Shown here: positions 18,562 through 27,100 of the stretch, piece after piece
How the letters are laid out: every line of letters starts with the position of its first letter
Position numbering within the stretch: position 1 is the first letter of the stretch
Source of the DNA: Pseudothioglobus sp. nBUS_23
GTDB lineage: Bacteria; Pseudomonadota; Gammaproteobacteria; PS1; Pseudothioglobaceae
Direction: 5' to 3'
Assembly: GCF_051201565.1 (NCBI RefSeq)
Contig: NZ_CP179200.1
Location: forward strand, 180,001 to 212,000
Length of the DNA: 32,000 nt
Position numbers and translations under genes: made by a program
The notes under the pieces: generated by a model
What the model was told of the DNA's origin: nothing
Databases searched by the model: none
The model's input: only the letters and a program-made list of their open reading frames with translations

Positions 18562-18756
18562 TTGCAGGTAAAAGGGTGTTGCCCTAAAACAATTAGGTTG
18601 AAATGCCTAGATGAAGCATTAATCTGCATACTTCAAAAATTTTCGATATGTGATAACTCGTTTAGAAGAATCGCAGATGGGTCTTGCATTGGTAGGGGTT
18701 TTTTAAAAACCTGGATGCAAACATCTAAAAGACCAAACTACGGAGCAGTAAGATGA
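18562..18756 (+). CDS. Doubtful small ORF: 64-aa Cys-rich basic peptide (TTG start)
   Basis: GAGGAG (18546-18551) lies 10 nt upstream of the TTG. The stop TGA (18754-18756) overlaps the ATG of the next gene (ATGA). It has 7 Cys in 64 aa and I recognise no family. It could equally be non-coding leader RNA. Confidence 0.2.
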   Translation: MQVKGCCPKTIRLKCLDEALICILQKFSICDNSFRRIADGSCIGRGFLKTWMQTSKRPNYGAVR

Positions 18757-19328
18757 AAAATAATTCTTTAGAGATTCAGCCCCAAATAACAACATTTATG
18801 ATAGTTGTATTTTGTTACTTTATTAATGGCCCTTCTTATCCATTTATAGGGAATCTTGTCTGGCTGCCTTTAGGTGCGATGTCGTTATGTTTTCTATTAT
18901 TTGGGTTTAAGGTATTTATTGTTGCAATATTAGCCTCTCAATTCTCAGAATTTTGGTTTCATTCTCTGCCTTTTTTTGATCAGCTGACGCTGATTAGGAC
19001 TGTTTCTGGGGCGATTGGCCCGGCTCTTGCAATTTCAAGTATGAGGTTTTTTAAACTCTCTAATTTTTTTGATGGTGAGAGGCTGGTTTTTCATCACCTT
19101 ATTTTTTTAGCAATCTTGACCGCTCTATTTAATACATTAATTGCATTTTTTGTGTCCTCTTATATCATTTCAAATGGTCAAGTTGATGAGACTATTAATG
19201 CCACAGACTTCTTAAGGAATTATCTAATGGGAGATATTTTAGGCTGTTTGATTGTTTTATTTTTTGCAGCTCTTGTGGTTGTTCCTTTTATCAAATACTT
19301 CTTACCAAGGATTGCTCCAGAAGAATAA
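18753..19328 (+). CDS. Hypothetical polytopic membrane protein, 191 aa, ~6 TM (weak resemblance to MASE1-type membrane sensor domains)
   Basis: GGAG (18742-18745) lies 7 nt upstream of the ATG, and there are six hydrophobic segments. Patterns recalling MASE1: LVWLPLGAMSLCFLLFG, VSGAIGPALAISSMRFF, and LMGDILGCLIVLFFAALVVVPF. There is no soluble output domain. The family assignment is tentative. Confidence 0.55.
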   Translation: MKNNSLEIQPQITTFMIVVFCYFINGPSYPFIGNLVWLPLGAMSLCFLLFGFKVFIVAILASQFSEFWFHSLPFFDQLTLIRTVSGAIGPALAISSMRFFKLSNFFDGERLVFHHLIFLAILTALFNTLIAFFVSSYIISNGQVDETINATDFLRNYLMGDILGCLIVLFFAALVVVPFIKYFLPRIAPEE

Positions 19329-19372
19329 TTCTTTTGAGCCGGATAGTTCCAATAGTTTTAAAAATGACCTTG

Positions 19373-22300
19373 CTAAATAAATGATTTGAGAACATCAGTA
19401 ATTTTTCTAATTCTCAATTGATCAGCTTCCATATCCTCTTTCACAACTATGGTCTTTTGATTTTTGAGTTGAAACTGCTGGGGACTTGTTTGAATCAGAT
19501 TGATAATTTTTGATATATCAATGTTGCTGCTGTCATTTAGAGTAATTTCTGCCCTATCGTCGTAAATATTGACTTTAAGAATTCCTACTTCTTGAGATAA
19601 GTTCTTGAGTGAAGATGACTCAAATAAATTTTGAGTTGACTCGGGTAGAAGTCCAAATCGATCAATCATTTCTACCTTTAGTTCTTTCAATGAATCCTCA
19701 TCTTTAGCACTTGCAATTCTTTTGTAAAGTATTAGGCGTTCATGAACATCAGGCAAATATGTCTCTGGGATGATGCAGGATATTCCAGTGTTAATTTCCA
19801 CCTCTTCTGTTGTTGCATCTTTTAAATCAAGTGTGTAGTTATTTTTAATCGCGTGAATAGTTCGCCTGAGAAGATCATGATAAAGATTAAATCCAATTTC
19901 AGAAATCTTTCCACTTTGATTTTCACCTAGTAAGTCACCCGCCCCTCTTATTTCAAGGTCATGATTTGCCAACATAAATCCAGCACCAAGCTCTTCTAAT
20001 GAAGCTATTGCGTCGAGACGTTTTCTTGCATTCTCAGTTATTGATTGAGTTGATTTGACTACTAAATATGCATAAGCTTTGTGGTGAGAGCGACCCACTC
20101 TTCCACGGAGCTGATGAAGCTGAGCAAGGCCAAAATTTTGAGCATTATTGATAATGATGGTGTTAGCGCTAGGGATGTCGATACCAGTCTCAATAATTGT
20201 TGTGCAAACTAGAAGCTGAAAACGTTGGTGATAAAAATCAGTCATTATTTGCTCAAGCTCTTTACTCGGCATTTGACCATGAGCTACCCTAATTTTTATA
20301 TTAGGCATGAGATCTTTTAATGATTCCGCCATGTTGTCAATGGTATCGATGTCATTATGAACAACAAAGATTTGTCCACCCCTATGCAGTTCTCTTGAGC
20401 ATGCCTCGGTAATTGTATTGTTATCCCACTCATCAACGAAGGTTTGAATTGCAGTTCTTTTTGCTGGAGGAGAGGCAATAATAGACAATTCCCTTAACGA
20501 ACCAAGTGCCATATTCAGTGAGCGAGGAATTGGAGTCGCTGTCATGGTTAAAATATCACTTTGACCACGGATTTTTTTTAGCGACTCTTTTTGTTTGACG
20601 CCAAACCGATGCTCCTCATCAATAATAATTAAACCTAGATTTTTATAGCTGATACCCCCTTGAATGAGTTTATGAGTCCCTACTACAATATCAATTTTTC
20701 CTAGCTTGAGGTCAGCTTTAATTTGGGTTTGTTCTTTATTATTCTGAAACCTAGATAAAGATTTAATAACTACTGGAAATTTAGAAAAACGGTCTGTGAA
20801 TGTCTGATAATGCTGATTAGCAAGAAGCGTTGTTGGGACAAGGATAGCAACTTGCTTTCCTGATTCTACAGCTAGGAAGGCAGCCCTCATAGCAATTTCA
20901 GTTTTACCAAATCCAACATCTCCGCAGACCAGTCGATCCATAGGTTTATCAGACTGCATATCCAATAAAACATCGTTCATAGTTTTAATTTGATCAGGTG
21001 TTTCTTCAAATGCAAAGCTTGATACAAATGAACTATATGAGTCATTAGGGCTTGGGTACGAGAAGCCTTTTTGAGATTCTCGTTTTGCATAAATTTCTAA
21101 TAGCTCAGCCGCAACATCATAGAGTGATTCTGCAGCTCTTTTCTTTGCCTTTGTCCATTGCTGACTCCCTAATTTGTGAAGAGGTGCATTATCTGCGCTC
21201 ACTCCTGTGTATCTTGAAATAAGATTTAAGCTGGTGATAGGAACCATGAGCTTTGAGCCATTTGCATATTCTACTGAGAGAAAATCTTGTTGGTTGTCAT
21301 CAAAACTTCGACTGATCAGACCCAAATACCGCCCAACACCATAATGCTCATGGACTACAGGATCACCCAGTTGAATTTCAACTAAGCTTTTGATTGCTTC
21401 ATCAAAATCTTTATGTTTCGCTCGACGCCTGCGTTGCTGCTTGACCGCATCTTGTCCAAATAAATTATTTTCAGTAATAATTGCTATTTTTTCGAAAATA
21501 ACTCCTTCACTTAAAGTTGCGTGAGTTATGCTCAATTTTGAATTTTGATTCAGGAAGTCAGACCAGCTAAGGCACTCTTCTGCTTTTAAATCATAAGAAG
21601 ATAACAAATCATTAAGAACGCTTTGCCTACCTTCAGATTCACAAACGATTAGAGTTCGACCAGTAAAACTTTTAATAAAGCTGAATAATTTGTTGAGCGG
21701 GCTCTTGGTTTCAGCTTCAATCTTAACAGGAGGAAGAATGGATGACTTAAAGTCTAAACCCTCAGCTTTGAGTGTCTTAGATGTTTGAATTTGAACCTGC
21801 TTTTTTTTATTGAGAGCAGCAAAAAAATCATTGGTATTTAAGAAGACCTTGTCCACTTCAAGGGGCAATCTTTCTAAAGAGTTTTGACAGAAGTTAAAGC
21901 GCTCTAACAACTCTTCACTCTGCTGCTCAATTGATTCATCAAGTCCTTTCTGATAGGCAATGACTGAATTATCTGGAATGAAGTCAAACAAGGTATCAGT
22001 TGTTTCAAAAAATAATGGCAAATAGAATTCAATTCCTCCTGGATATCTTCCTTCACTGACCTCTGTATAAATGAAACCATCAGTATTACCAAACTCCGAT
22101 AAATAATTTTTTTTGAAGATATCTATACTGTCTTTGTCTGAAGCAAACTCTCTTGCGGGTAGGAGTTGAATTTCTTTAATGATCTCAATTGACCTTTGTG
22201 AAGAAGGGTCAAAGGATCTAATCGACTCAATCTCATTATCAAAAAGATCAATTCTGAATGGGTTTTTTGCACCCATTGGGTACATGTCAATTAGCGCACC

Positions 22301-22804
22301 TTTTAATGAGAATTCACCTTGCTCCATTACAGTGGTAACTCTTCGATATCCAATTTTTATGAGGTTTGCAGTAAATGAATCAACCTCAAGGTACTGATTA
22401 TTTTTAAGACTCAGGCTATACTTATCTATATAGCCTTTTGGGCATATTCTTTGAGACAGGGCTTCTATCGTGGTAACGATAATTCCAGACTCTAGGGACG
22501 ATAATTTGGCTAGCGCACTGAGTCTTGAAGAAACAATGTCAGGATGAGGTGAGAAATGATCAAATGCTAAAACTTCCCAGCTTGCAAAACTCAGGATCTC
22601 AATGGATTTATTGAAAAAAACGAGCGACTTATTGATTTCGTCATAATGCTTTATGTCTCTTGCAATATAGAGAACAAAGCCTTGATTAGATTCTGCAAAC
22701 TCAAGAAGTGCAAGTGCTTCTGAGGGGCCAAATAATGAACCCCAATAATTCTTTCTGAAGTCTGAAGAGATTGACTTAGATTCTTCGGGATAAACTATGC
22801 TCAT
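19373..22804 (-). CDS. mfd: Transcription-repair coupling factor
   Basis: 1143 aa with a UvrB-homology N-terminal region and SF2 translocase motifs: GDVGFGKTEIAMRAAF, IIDEEHRFGV, TATPIPRSL, QLHQLRGRVGRS. A C-terminal autoinhibitory domain is present. The ATG overlaps the yceF stop (ATGA). Confidence 0.95.
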   Translation of the reverse strand: MSIVYPEESKSISSDFRKNYWGSLFGPSEALALLEFAESNQGFVLYIARDIKHYDEINKSLVFFNKSIEILSFASWEVLAFDHFSPHPDIVSSRLSALAKLSSLESGIIVTTIEALSQRICPKGYIDKYSLSLKNNQYLEVDSFTANLIKIGYRRVTTVMEQGEFSLKGALIDMYPMGAKNPFRIDLFDNEIESIRSFDPSSQRSIEIIKEIQLLPAREFASDKDSIDIFKKNYLSEFGNTDGFIYTEVSEGRYPGGIEFYLPLFFETTDTLFDFIPDNSVIAYQKGLDESIEQQSEELLERFNFCQNSLERLPLEVDKVFLNTNDFFAALNKKKQVQIQTSKTLKAEGLDFKSSILPPVKIEAETKSPLNKLFSFIKSFTGRTLIVCESEGRQSVLNDLLSSYDLKAEECLSWSDFLNQNSKLSITHATLSEGVIFEKIAIITENNLFGQDAVKQQRRRRAKHKDFDEAIKSLVEIQLGDPVVHEHYGVGRYLGLISRSFDDNQQDFLSVEYANGSKLMVPITSLNLISRYTGVSADNAPLHKLGSQQWTKAKKRAAESLYDVAAELLEIYAKRESQKGFSYPSPNDSYSSFVSSFAFEETPDQIKTMNDVLLDMQSDKPMDRLVCGDVGFGKTEIAMRAAFLAVESGKQVAILVPTTLLANQHYQTFTDRFSKFPVVIKSLSRFQNNKEQTQIKADLKLGKIDIVVGTHKLIQGGISYKNLGLIIIDEEHRFGVKQKESLKKIRGQSDILTMTATPIPRSLNMALGSLRELSIIASPPAKRTAIQTFVDEWDNNTITEACSRELHRGGQIFVVHNDIDTIDNMAESLKDLMPNIKIRVAHGQMPSKELEQIMTDFYHQRFQLLVCTTIIETGIDIPSANTIIINNAQNFGLAQLHQLRGRVGRSHHKAYAYLVVKSTQSITENARKRLDAIASLEELGAGFMLANHDLEIRGAGDLLGENQSGKISEIGFNLYHDLLRRTIHAIKNNYTLDLKDATTEEVEINTGISCIIPETYLPDVHERLILYKRIASAKDEDSLKELKVEMIDRFGLLPESTQNLFESSSLKNLSQEVGILKVNIYDDRAEITLNDSSNIDISKIINLIQTSPQQFQLKNQKTIVVKEDMEADQLRIRKITDVLKSFI

Positions 22805-23391
22805 AGAACGTGAACATTTTCCTTTGCGAGCATATCGATTAATTGAATAGTGGGAAGGCCAATAAGACTGTTGGGATCATTACCCTCCATTTCACTGAAT
22901 AATGCAATTCCTAAACCCTCTGACTTGAAGCTACCAGCACAGTTAAGGACATCTTCCTTCGATAAATAGTTTAATATTTGCTTTTCTGATAGCGCCTTAA
23001 ATGAAACTTTGAATTGTTCAACATGAACCTGAGTATTATGATTTTTTGTGTTCATCAAAACTAACCCAGTAAGAAAGTTTAGAGTTTTTCCAGAACTTTT
23101 TTTGAGCTGAAGGACTGCATTTTCATGACTACCAGGTTTGGTGAGGACAGAGTCATTGGGTTTGTATCCACTATCCAATGTAGCTACCTGGTCAGAGGCA
23201 ATAATTAGACCTGTCTTAGATTTTGCCACTGCCATTGCCTTTTCTTTTGAGAGTCGAGCAACCAAATCAATGGGTGATTCGTTCTCTCTCCTGGCTTCAT
23301 TGATCTCTGGTGCAACAACTTCAAAGTCGAGCCCTAGCTTGTCAAGTATAGCTTTTCTGAATGGCGAAGATGAGGCAAGAATGAGCGACAC
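22801..23391 (-). CDS. yceF: Maf-family nucleoside triphosphate pyrophosphatase, YceF subfamily
   Basis: (M)SLILASSSPFRKAILDKLGL.F....PEI.E, ...IIASDQV..., and CAGSFKSEGLGIALFSEMEGNDPNSLIGLP closely track my recollection of E. coli YceF. GTG start at 23389-23391 (minus strand). Confidence 0.85.
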   Translation of the reverse strand: MSLILASSSPFRKAILDKLGLDFEVVAPEINEARRENESPIDLVARLSKEKAMAVAKSKTGLIIASDQVATLDSGYKPNDSVLTKPGSHENAVLQLKKSSGKTLNFLTGLVLMNTKNHNTQVHVEQFKVSFKALSEKQILNYLSKEDVLNCAGSFKSEGLGIALFSEMEGNDPNSLIGLPTIQLIDMLAKENVHVL

Positions 23392-23447
23392 TGAAAGATT
23401 AAAGATTGTAAAATAATCTAATATTTTACTTCAATCAGGCTGAATTA

Positions 23448-23936
23448 ATGCGCTTATCAATAGTCGTGGCAATGGACGATAATCGTTTGATTGGTAACAA
23501 TAATCAACTTCCATGGCATCTTCCTGCAGACTTAGCCTACTTCAAAAAACTTACCACGGGTAAGTCAATATTAATGGGAAGAAAAACTTATGATTCTATT
23601 GGGAGGCCTCTGCCTAATCGAAGAAACATTGTAGTCACTCGCAATACAAAAATTTCAATTCCTGGGTGTGAAGTTGTATCAAGTATAGCTAACGCGCTTG
23701 AACTAACGAAAGGAGAAGAAGAGGTTATGGTAATTGGAGGTGCAAGTTTGTGTGAGCAGCTCCTCCCACAAGTCAGTAGACTATATATTACAAAGGTTGA
23801 TGGAGAGTTTGAAGGGGATGTTTTTTTTCCAAAATATGATGATAGTCATTGGCAGCAAGTGAGTTGTGAATCTCATCCAAAAGACCATTCAAATGCCTAC
23901 TCACACCACTTTATTGTTTTAGATAGAGCCCAATGA
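23448..23936 (+). CDS. folA: Dihydrofolate reductase
   Basis: SIVVAMDDNRLIGNNNQLPWHLPADLAYFKKLTTGKSILMGRKTYDSIGRPLPNRRNIVVTR is the classic FolA N-terminus. 162 aa. Confidence 0.92.
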   Translation: MRLSIVVAMDDNRLIGNNNQLPWHLPADLAYFKKLTTGKSILMGRKTYDSIGRPLPNRRNIVVTRNTKISIPGCEVVSSIANALELTKGEEEVMVIGGASLCEQLLPQVSRLYITKVDGEFEGDVFFPKYDDSHWQQVSCESHPKDHSNAYSHHFIVLDRAQ

Positions 23937-24115
23937 AAAGATTTGCTATATTAACTTTATTGATTGTACTCTTGTCAGGCTGCGTCTTCACTAAGGTCGT
24001 TACAGTCCCTATGCGAGTCACGGGCGCAGTCGTCTCTGTGATTCCAGTGGTTGGCGATGGAGTTGATAATATCTTGGGTGCTAGCGCCGATGTTATCGAC
24101 GCGATACCTATTTAG
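23933..24115 (+). CDS. Small predicted lipoprotein, 60 aa, function unknown
   Basis: Signal peptide plus lipobox MKRFAILTLLIVLLSGC, with Val at +2. The mature part is 43 aa and rich in Val, Gly and Asp. The ATG overlaps the folA stop (ATGA). Its stop overlaps the gltB stop on the opposite strand. Confidence 0.6.
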   Translation: MKRFAILTLLIVLLSGCVFTKVVTVPMRVTGAVVSVIPVVGDGVDNILGASADVIDAIPI

Positions 24116-27100
24116 ACTGCTTTGAGATGCTTTTTATCCTGAGCAGCTAGAACTGCTTTAAGTGCCTTAGGCATGACTTTAGTGAAGTGAATAGCCTCTT
24201 TATCCCAGTTGTCTAGTATTTTTTCAGCTATTTTTGAACCAGTATATTTTAAATGCTTTGTTGTAAGCTCACGAAGCTCGGATAGTGATTCCTTATCCAT
24301 TGGGTCAAAGTCAATCATCGCTGCATTGGCTCTGGACTCTAATGTTTGATTTGGGTTATAAACGTATGCAATACCACCACTCATTCCAGCACCAAAGTTT
24401 CTGCCAACCTCGCCTAAAATAACTGCTCTTCCACCTGTCATATACTCACAACCATGATCGCCAATGCCTTCAACAATAGCAATTAAACCTGAATTTCGAA
24501 CACAAAAGCGTTCAGCTACTTGACCTGAAAGGTAAAGTTCACCACCTGTGGCACCATAACCACAAACATTTCCAGCAATAATTTCATTTTCAGAGGAATA
24601 AGTTGAATCTTTAGGAGGGTAGACAATGACTCGACCACCCGACAGCCCTTTTCCTACATAATCATTTGCATCTCCCTCTACTGACATAGTAATACCTTGA
24701 GCGAGAAAGGCTCCGAAAGATTGTCCAGCCGAGCCTTGGAAATTAATTTGAATTGAATCTTCTTTGAGATTGTTACCTTGCCTTACTTTAACAACATGCG
24801 ATGACAGCATAGCACCAACAGCTCTATCTACATTAGTAATACTTGATTCAAATTGAATCCTCGTATCGTTCTCAATAGCAGCTTTAGACTTTTCAATTAA
24901 ATCTAGATCTAACTGCTCCTCAAGTTGATGATCTTGCTTAATGCTTTGATAGGTTCCAGCATCTCTATAGAGATTTTCTGCAGGAGTTAATATTGCGCTC
25001 AAATCAATTGAATCTTGCTTCCAGTGATTAATTGCTTTATTCATTTCAAGCATATCAACCCTTCCAACCATATCAGTTAGTTTAGAAAAGCCAAGTTCAG
25101 CCATGATAGTTCTTAATTCTTCTGCAACCATAAACAGATAGTTAACTACATGCTCTGGTTTGCCAGTAAATTTTTTACGTAATACTTTATCTTGAGTCGC
25201 AATTCCAACAGGACAAGTATTTAGGTGACATTTACGCATCATAATACAGCCAAGAGTAATCAATGGAGCCGTAGAAAAGCCGAACTCTTCAGCACCCAGC
25301 AAGGCAGCAATTGCAACATCTCGTCCAGTTTTAAGCTGACCATCAGTTTGAATTACGACCCTTGATCGAAGGTCATTCATGACCAGTGTCTGGTGAGTTT
25401 CAGCAACACCTAATTCCCATGGCAGTCCTGCATGTTTGATTGATGTGAGTGGAGAAGCTCCAGTTCCTCCATCGTGTCCTGCGATTACAATATGATCAGA
25501 TTTTGCCTTAGTGACTCCAGCCGCAACCGTTCCGACGCCAACCTCTGATACAAGTTTGACACTGATTCGAGCATCTGGATTAGATCGCTTAAGGTCAAAA
25601 ATCAGTTGAGAGAGGTCTTCAATGGAATAAATATCATGATGAGGAGGTGGGCTGATAAGGCCAACACCTGCTGTCGAGCATCGAATTTTAGCAATGCCCT
25701 CATCAACTTTTCCACCTGGAAGTTCTCCACCCTCGCCTGGTTTAGCGCCTTGGGATACTTTGATTTGAAGTTCATCAGCATTATTCAGATAGTCAATTGT
25801 AACGCCAAATCGGCCTGAGGCAACTTGCTTAATGGCGCTGCGTCTAGAGTCACCGTTAGCATCTGGCGTCCAGCGTTTTGAGTCTTCACCACCTTCACCA
25901 GTGTTTGACTTTCCACCAATGCGATTCATAGCTATCGCAAGTGACTCATGTGATTCAGCTGAGATTGATCCGAAACTCATAGCGCCAGTAACAAATCTTT
26001 TTACAATTTCTTTTGCAGGCTCTACTCTTTCTATATCGATTGGATGCCCATCTTTAAAAGACATTAGACCACGAAGTGTGCAATTTCTCGTACCCTCTTC
26101 GTTTGATTTTTTAGAAAATTCCCAATAAGCATTCTGATCATTACCTCTAGCAGCTTGCTGCAAAGAAGTAATTGTTTGTGGCTCCCACATATGCTTTTCA
26201 CCTCCACTTCTCCAGTGGTAATGACCCAGGTTATCAAGTGATTTTGTTAAAAATGCTTTCTTATGTTGCGTTTCAGATTCTTGTTGAATAACATCAAACC
26301 CAACTCCACTGATTCGACTTGCGGTTTCAAAAAAGCATTTGTTCATAACTTCATCAGAGAGCCCAACAGCCTCAAAAATCTGAGCGCCTTTGTAGGATGC
26401 TAAAGTAGAGATACCCATTTTTGCCATAACTTTGAGCATGCCTTTGGCAATGGCTTTGCGGTATGACCTAACCACTTCTTCATCATCATTCAGGTTAATT
26501 AATTGATCTCTTCTGGCTTGCCATAATGCCTCAAAAGCTAGGTAAGGATTTACGGCATCAGCGCCGAATCCAGTCAATAGACAAAAGTGATGAACCTCTC
26601 TGGCCTCTCCAGTTTCCACTATGATGCCTACTTGAGTTCGCATATGGTTTGCAACAAGGTGCCTGTGAACCGCTGATGAAGCGAGGAGAGAGCTAACTGC
26701 ATTTCGATCAGAACTTATATTTCTATCTGACAAAATGACAAGGCTATGACCATCTTTAATAGCTTGTGTGCTCTGCTCACAGATTGAGTCAAGCATGTCA
26801 CTTAAATTGTGATTGCTATTTGTCTCGTATGTTATGTCTATAGTCTGACTTGTCCAGCCTCTATGGTCGCATTGATTGAGTGCAGCCATTTCCTCATTAG
26901 TTAAAATTGGATGATCAACGACCAGTCGGTGAGCATTCTCCTCCTTGTTACTCAATAAATTTCCTTCCGGCCCTATGGAGCAACTCAGAGACATAACGAC
27001 TTCCTCTCTGATTGAGTCAATTGCAGGATTAGTTACCTGAGCGAAGAGTTGCTTAAAATAGTCATAAATAATTCGAGACTGATCTGACAAGCATGCCAGT

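Noticed and set aside
18697-18711. GGGGTTTTTT followed by AAAAACC, considered as an intrinsic terminator ending a small RNA in the 309-nt spacer.
   Set aside because: The T-run is itself one arm of the palindrome GGTTTTT/AAAAACC rather than a tail following a GC-rich stem. No upstream complement to GGTAGGGG exists.
25606-26128. Plus-strand ORFs antisense to gltB (25606-25818, 25832-26128, 27546-27746). Comparable ones lie antisense to glmU, the MFS gene, mfd, yceF and accD/ispH.
   Set aside because: These are shadow ORFs within strongly supported genes, with no start context or recognisable motifs.
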